Source of the DNA: Oikopleura dioica
Lineage: Eukaryota > Animalia > Chordata
Assembly (NCBI GenBank): GCA_907165135.1
Contig: OU015566.1
Span: forward strand, 124,001-188,000
DNA length: 64,000 nt
Direction of reading: 5' to 3'
In this document: positions 62,699-64,000 of the stretch, in pieces
Layout: each line of letters begins with the position of its first letter
Numbering within the stretch: position 1 is the stretch's first letter
The notes under the pieces: model-generated
What the model was told of the DNA's origin: nothing
Seen by the model: the letters and a program-made list of their open reading frames with translations, nothing else
Database searches by the model: none
Translations under genes and position numbers: made by a program

Positions 62699-62947
62699 TA
62701 TAGTCTACCCCATTTCTATAGACTACATGACAGCGAAATAGCCTAGCAAAAGCTAAAGAACTCAAAAAATTGCATTTTTAATTCAAACTATTGAAGCCTA
62801 TCCCTTGCTTTCCTGACTAGTTGCCGACCACAATACGGTAGATCATCAGAACAGAATGCTCTTCAGGAAGAAATCGAGAAAAACAATGACATATTGACAC
62901 TCGACATGGAAGAAAGCCATCACAACCTACCTTTCAAAGACATCGCC

Positions 62948-63162
62948 CGTAGTATGATCTCAAAATTCGGCCACCCTCATTTTAGGTTAGTGTTAGGGGG
63001 GCTCCAAGGGGGCGAAGCCCCCTAGGTTAGGCCTTAGGGTTAGGAACTGCGTACTTTTACCCAAGGGGGGGTCCCAGGAAGCGAAGCCCCCGGGTTAGGA
63101 GTAGGATTAGGAAAAATAAAAAAATCAAATTATACTTGGCCGAATTTTGAGGTCATACTACC
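62948..63162. mobile_element. 215 bp MITE in a GT31 exon (Merlin-like by 8-bp TSD and GGTA end)
   Basis: 26-bp TIR GTAGTATGA(T/C)CTCAAAATTCGGCCA; TSD ACATCGCC at 62940 and 63163. Confidence 0.85.
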
Positions 63163-64000
63163 ACATCGCCTTCCTAAAGTTCATCAAAGAATCCTGCTCT
63201 TCTGTCCAATTCGTGTTCAAAGGCGATGATGACATCCTTCTGATCCCTCGAAATCTCAAACAAGAGATTGACAAGCTCAGGAACACGGACGAGTTCGAAG
63301 CTCTCGGCTGCTTGAAAAAGGAATCTCTTGCAATAAGAAACCTAAAGAGCAAGTATTTTATCCCAAAACAACTCTTTGAAGAAGATGGTCTTCCCGATTT
63401 CTATTCTGGCGCAGGCAGAGTTCGAAATTCGTTGGCAGTACTGCCACGACTGCCACTGGCAGCTGCCAATATCGGCAGTCACTTGGCAGTGGCAGTTAAA
63501 TTTTTCAAGGGCTGACAGCTGTCAACCTACTTCAACTTCGAAAGATGTTAATTTCTTTATAAAGTTTTCTTTCAAGAACCACAAAAAAAACAACGCTTAT
63601 GAATCATAAGTTATGATCCAAATTCGCTCTCGACTCGAGAGTCTCGAGACCTAAATTATTCAATCATTTTAATCAAAAGAGACATTTTTATCTCAGATAT
63701 TGTCTCTTCTATAAGTTTAAACCGTCAAAAAGACTGTTTTTAACTTAGTTTGACTTTAAAAATTCTTAAAAATAGTATCAAAATTGGCAGCTTTTGGCAG
63801 TCGACTGGTAACTGCCACTGGATAGTTTGAAAATACGGCGCACGCGCACAAACTCGCACGCAAGATTTTCGAAAACTCGCGCTCGTGCGCGCACGAATAG
63901 GATAAAAAAGGGTTTTTATTCGGAATTTGGAGTTTTTTTCCTTCCTCGGAAATTTTGCGAATACCTTAACAAAGAAAAATAATTTTTCGTTCTTTTGGAA

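Larger units (their letters stand above)
59963..62833. mobile_element. Old hAT-like insertion (~2.9 kb) carrying nested MITEs
   Basis: Inverted GGTCGGCAACTAG(C/T)CAG ends; degenerate 8-bp TSD GTCGGCAG/TACGGTAG; removing it restores the GT31 frame (VG-R-SSEQ). Confidence 0.6.
59512..63415 (+). pseudogene. GT31-family beta-1,3-glycosyltransferase gene (B3GALT/B3GNT-like), transposon-interrupted; possibly still spliceable in part
   Basis: Pieces 59512-59692, 59731-59962, 62842-62947 and 63171-63415 give IIFGIKTMP..AREIIRQTW..KVVFLVG, EEIEKNNDILTLDMEESHHNLPFKDIAFL..C, FVFKGDDDILL and SKYFIP..FYSGAG, the ordered GT31 motifs. Confidence 0.8.

Noticed and set aside
62948-63162. 215-bp MITE as a clean GT-AG intron
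   Set aside because: GT at 62949 with AG at ~63151 shifts the frame into a stop, and the TSD has no AG.

Overview
Eukaryotic, AT-rich window. Introns of 38-56 nt and TTAGGG repeats suggest a compact animal genome such as an appendicularian tunicate (inference only). About half is a ~165-174 bp tandem satellite, candidate centromeric, with two subfamilies, higher-order repeats and orientation flips. It is invaded by a clade of Ty3/gypsy LTR retrotransposons: one intact element (41-7932), a solo LTR present twice in inverted orientation, one element split in two by an apparent ~31 kb inversion, and a further LTR and a truncated element at the array edge. The right ~10 kb is a MITE-rich region holding a transposon-interrupted GT31 glycosyltransferase gene. 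Best candidate for a new system: satellite-targeting LTR elements that (i) insert in the same 11 bp of the monomer, (ii) carry tandem SAP/HeH-like modules instead of a chromodomain at the integrase C-terminus, and (iii) share a strongly covarying, unassigned ~110-130 nt RNA structure in the LTRs of five divergent families. All alignments and folds were done by eye; no database searches were run.
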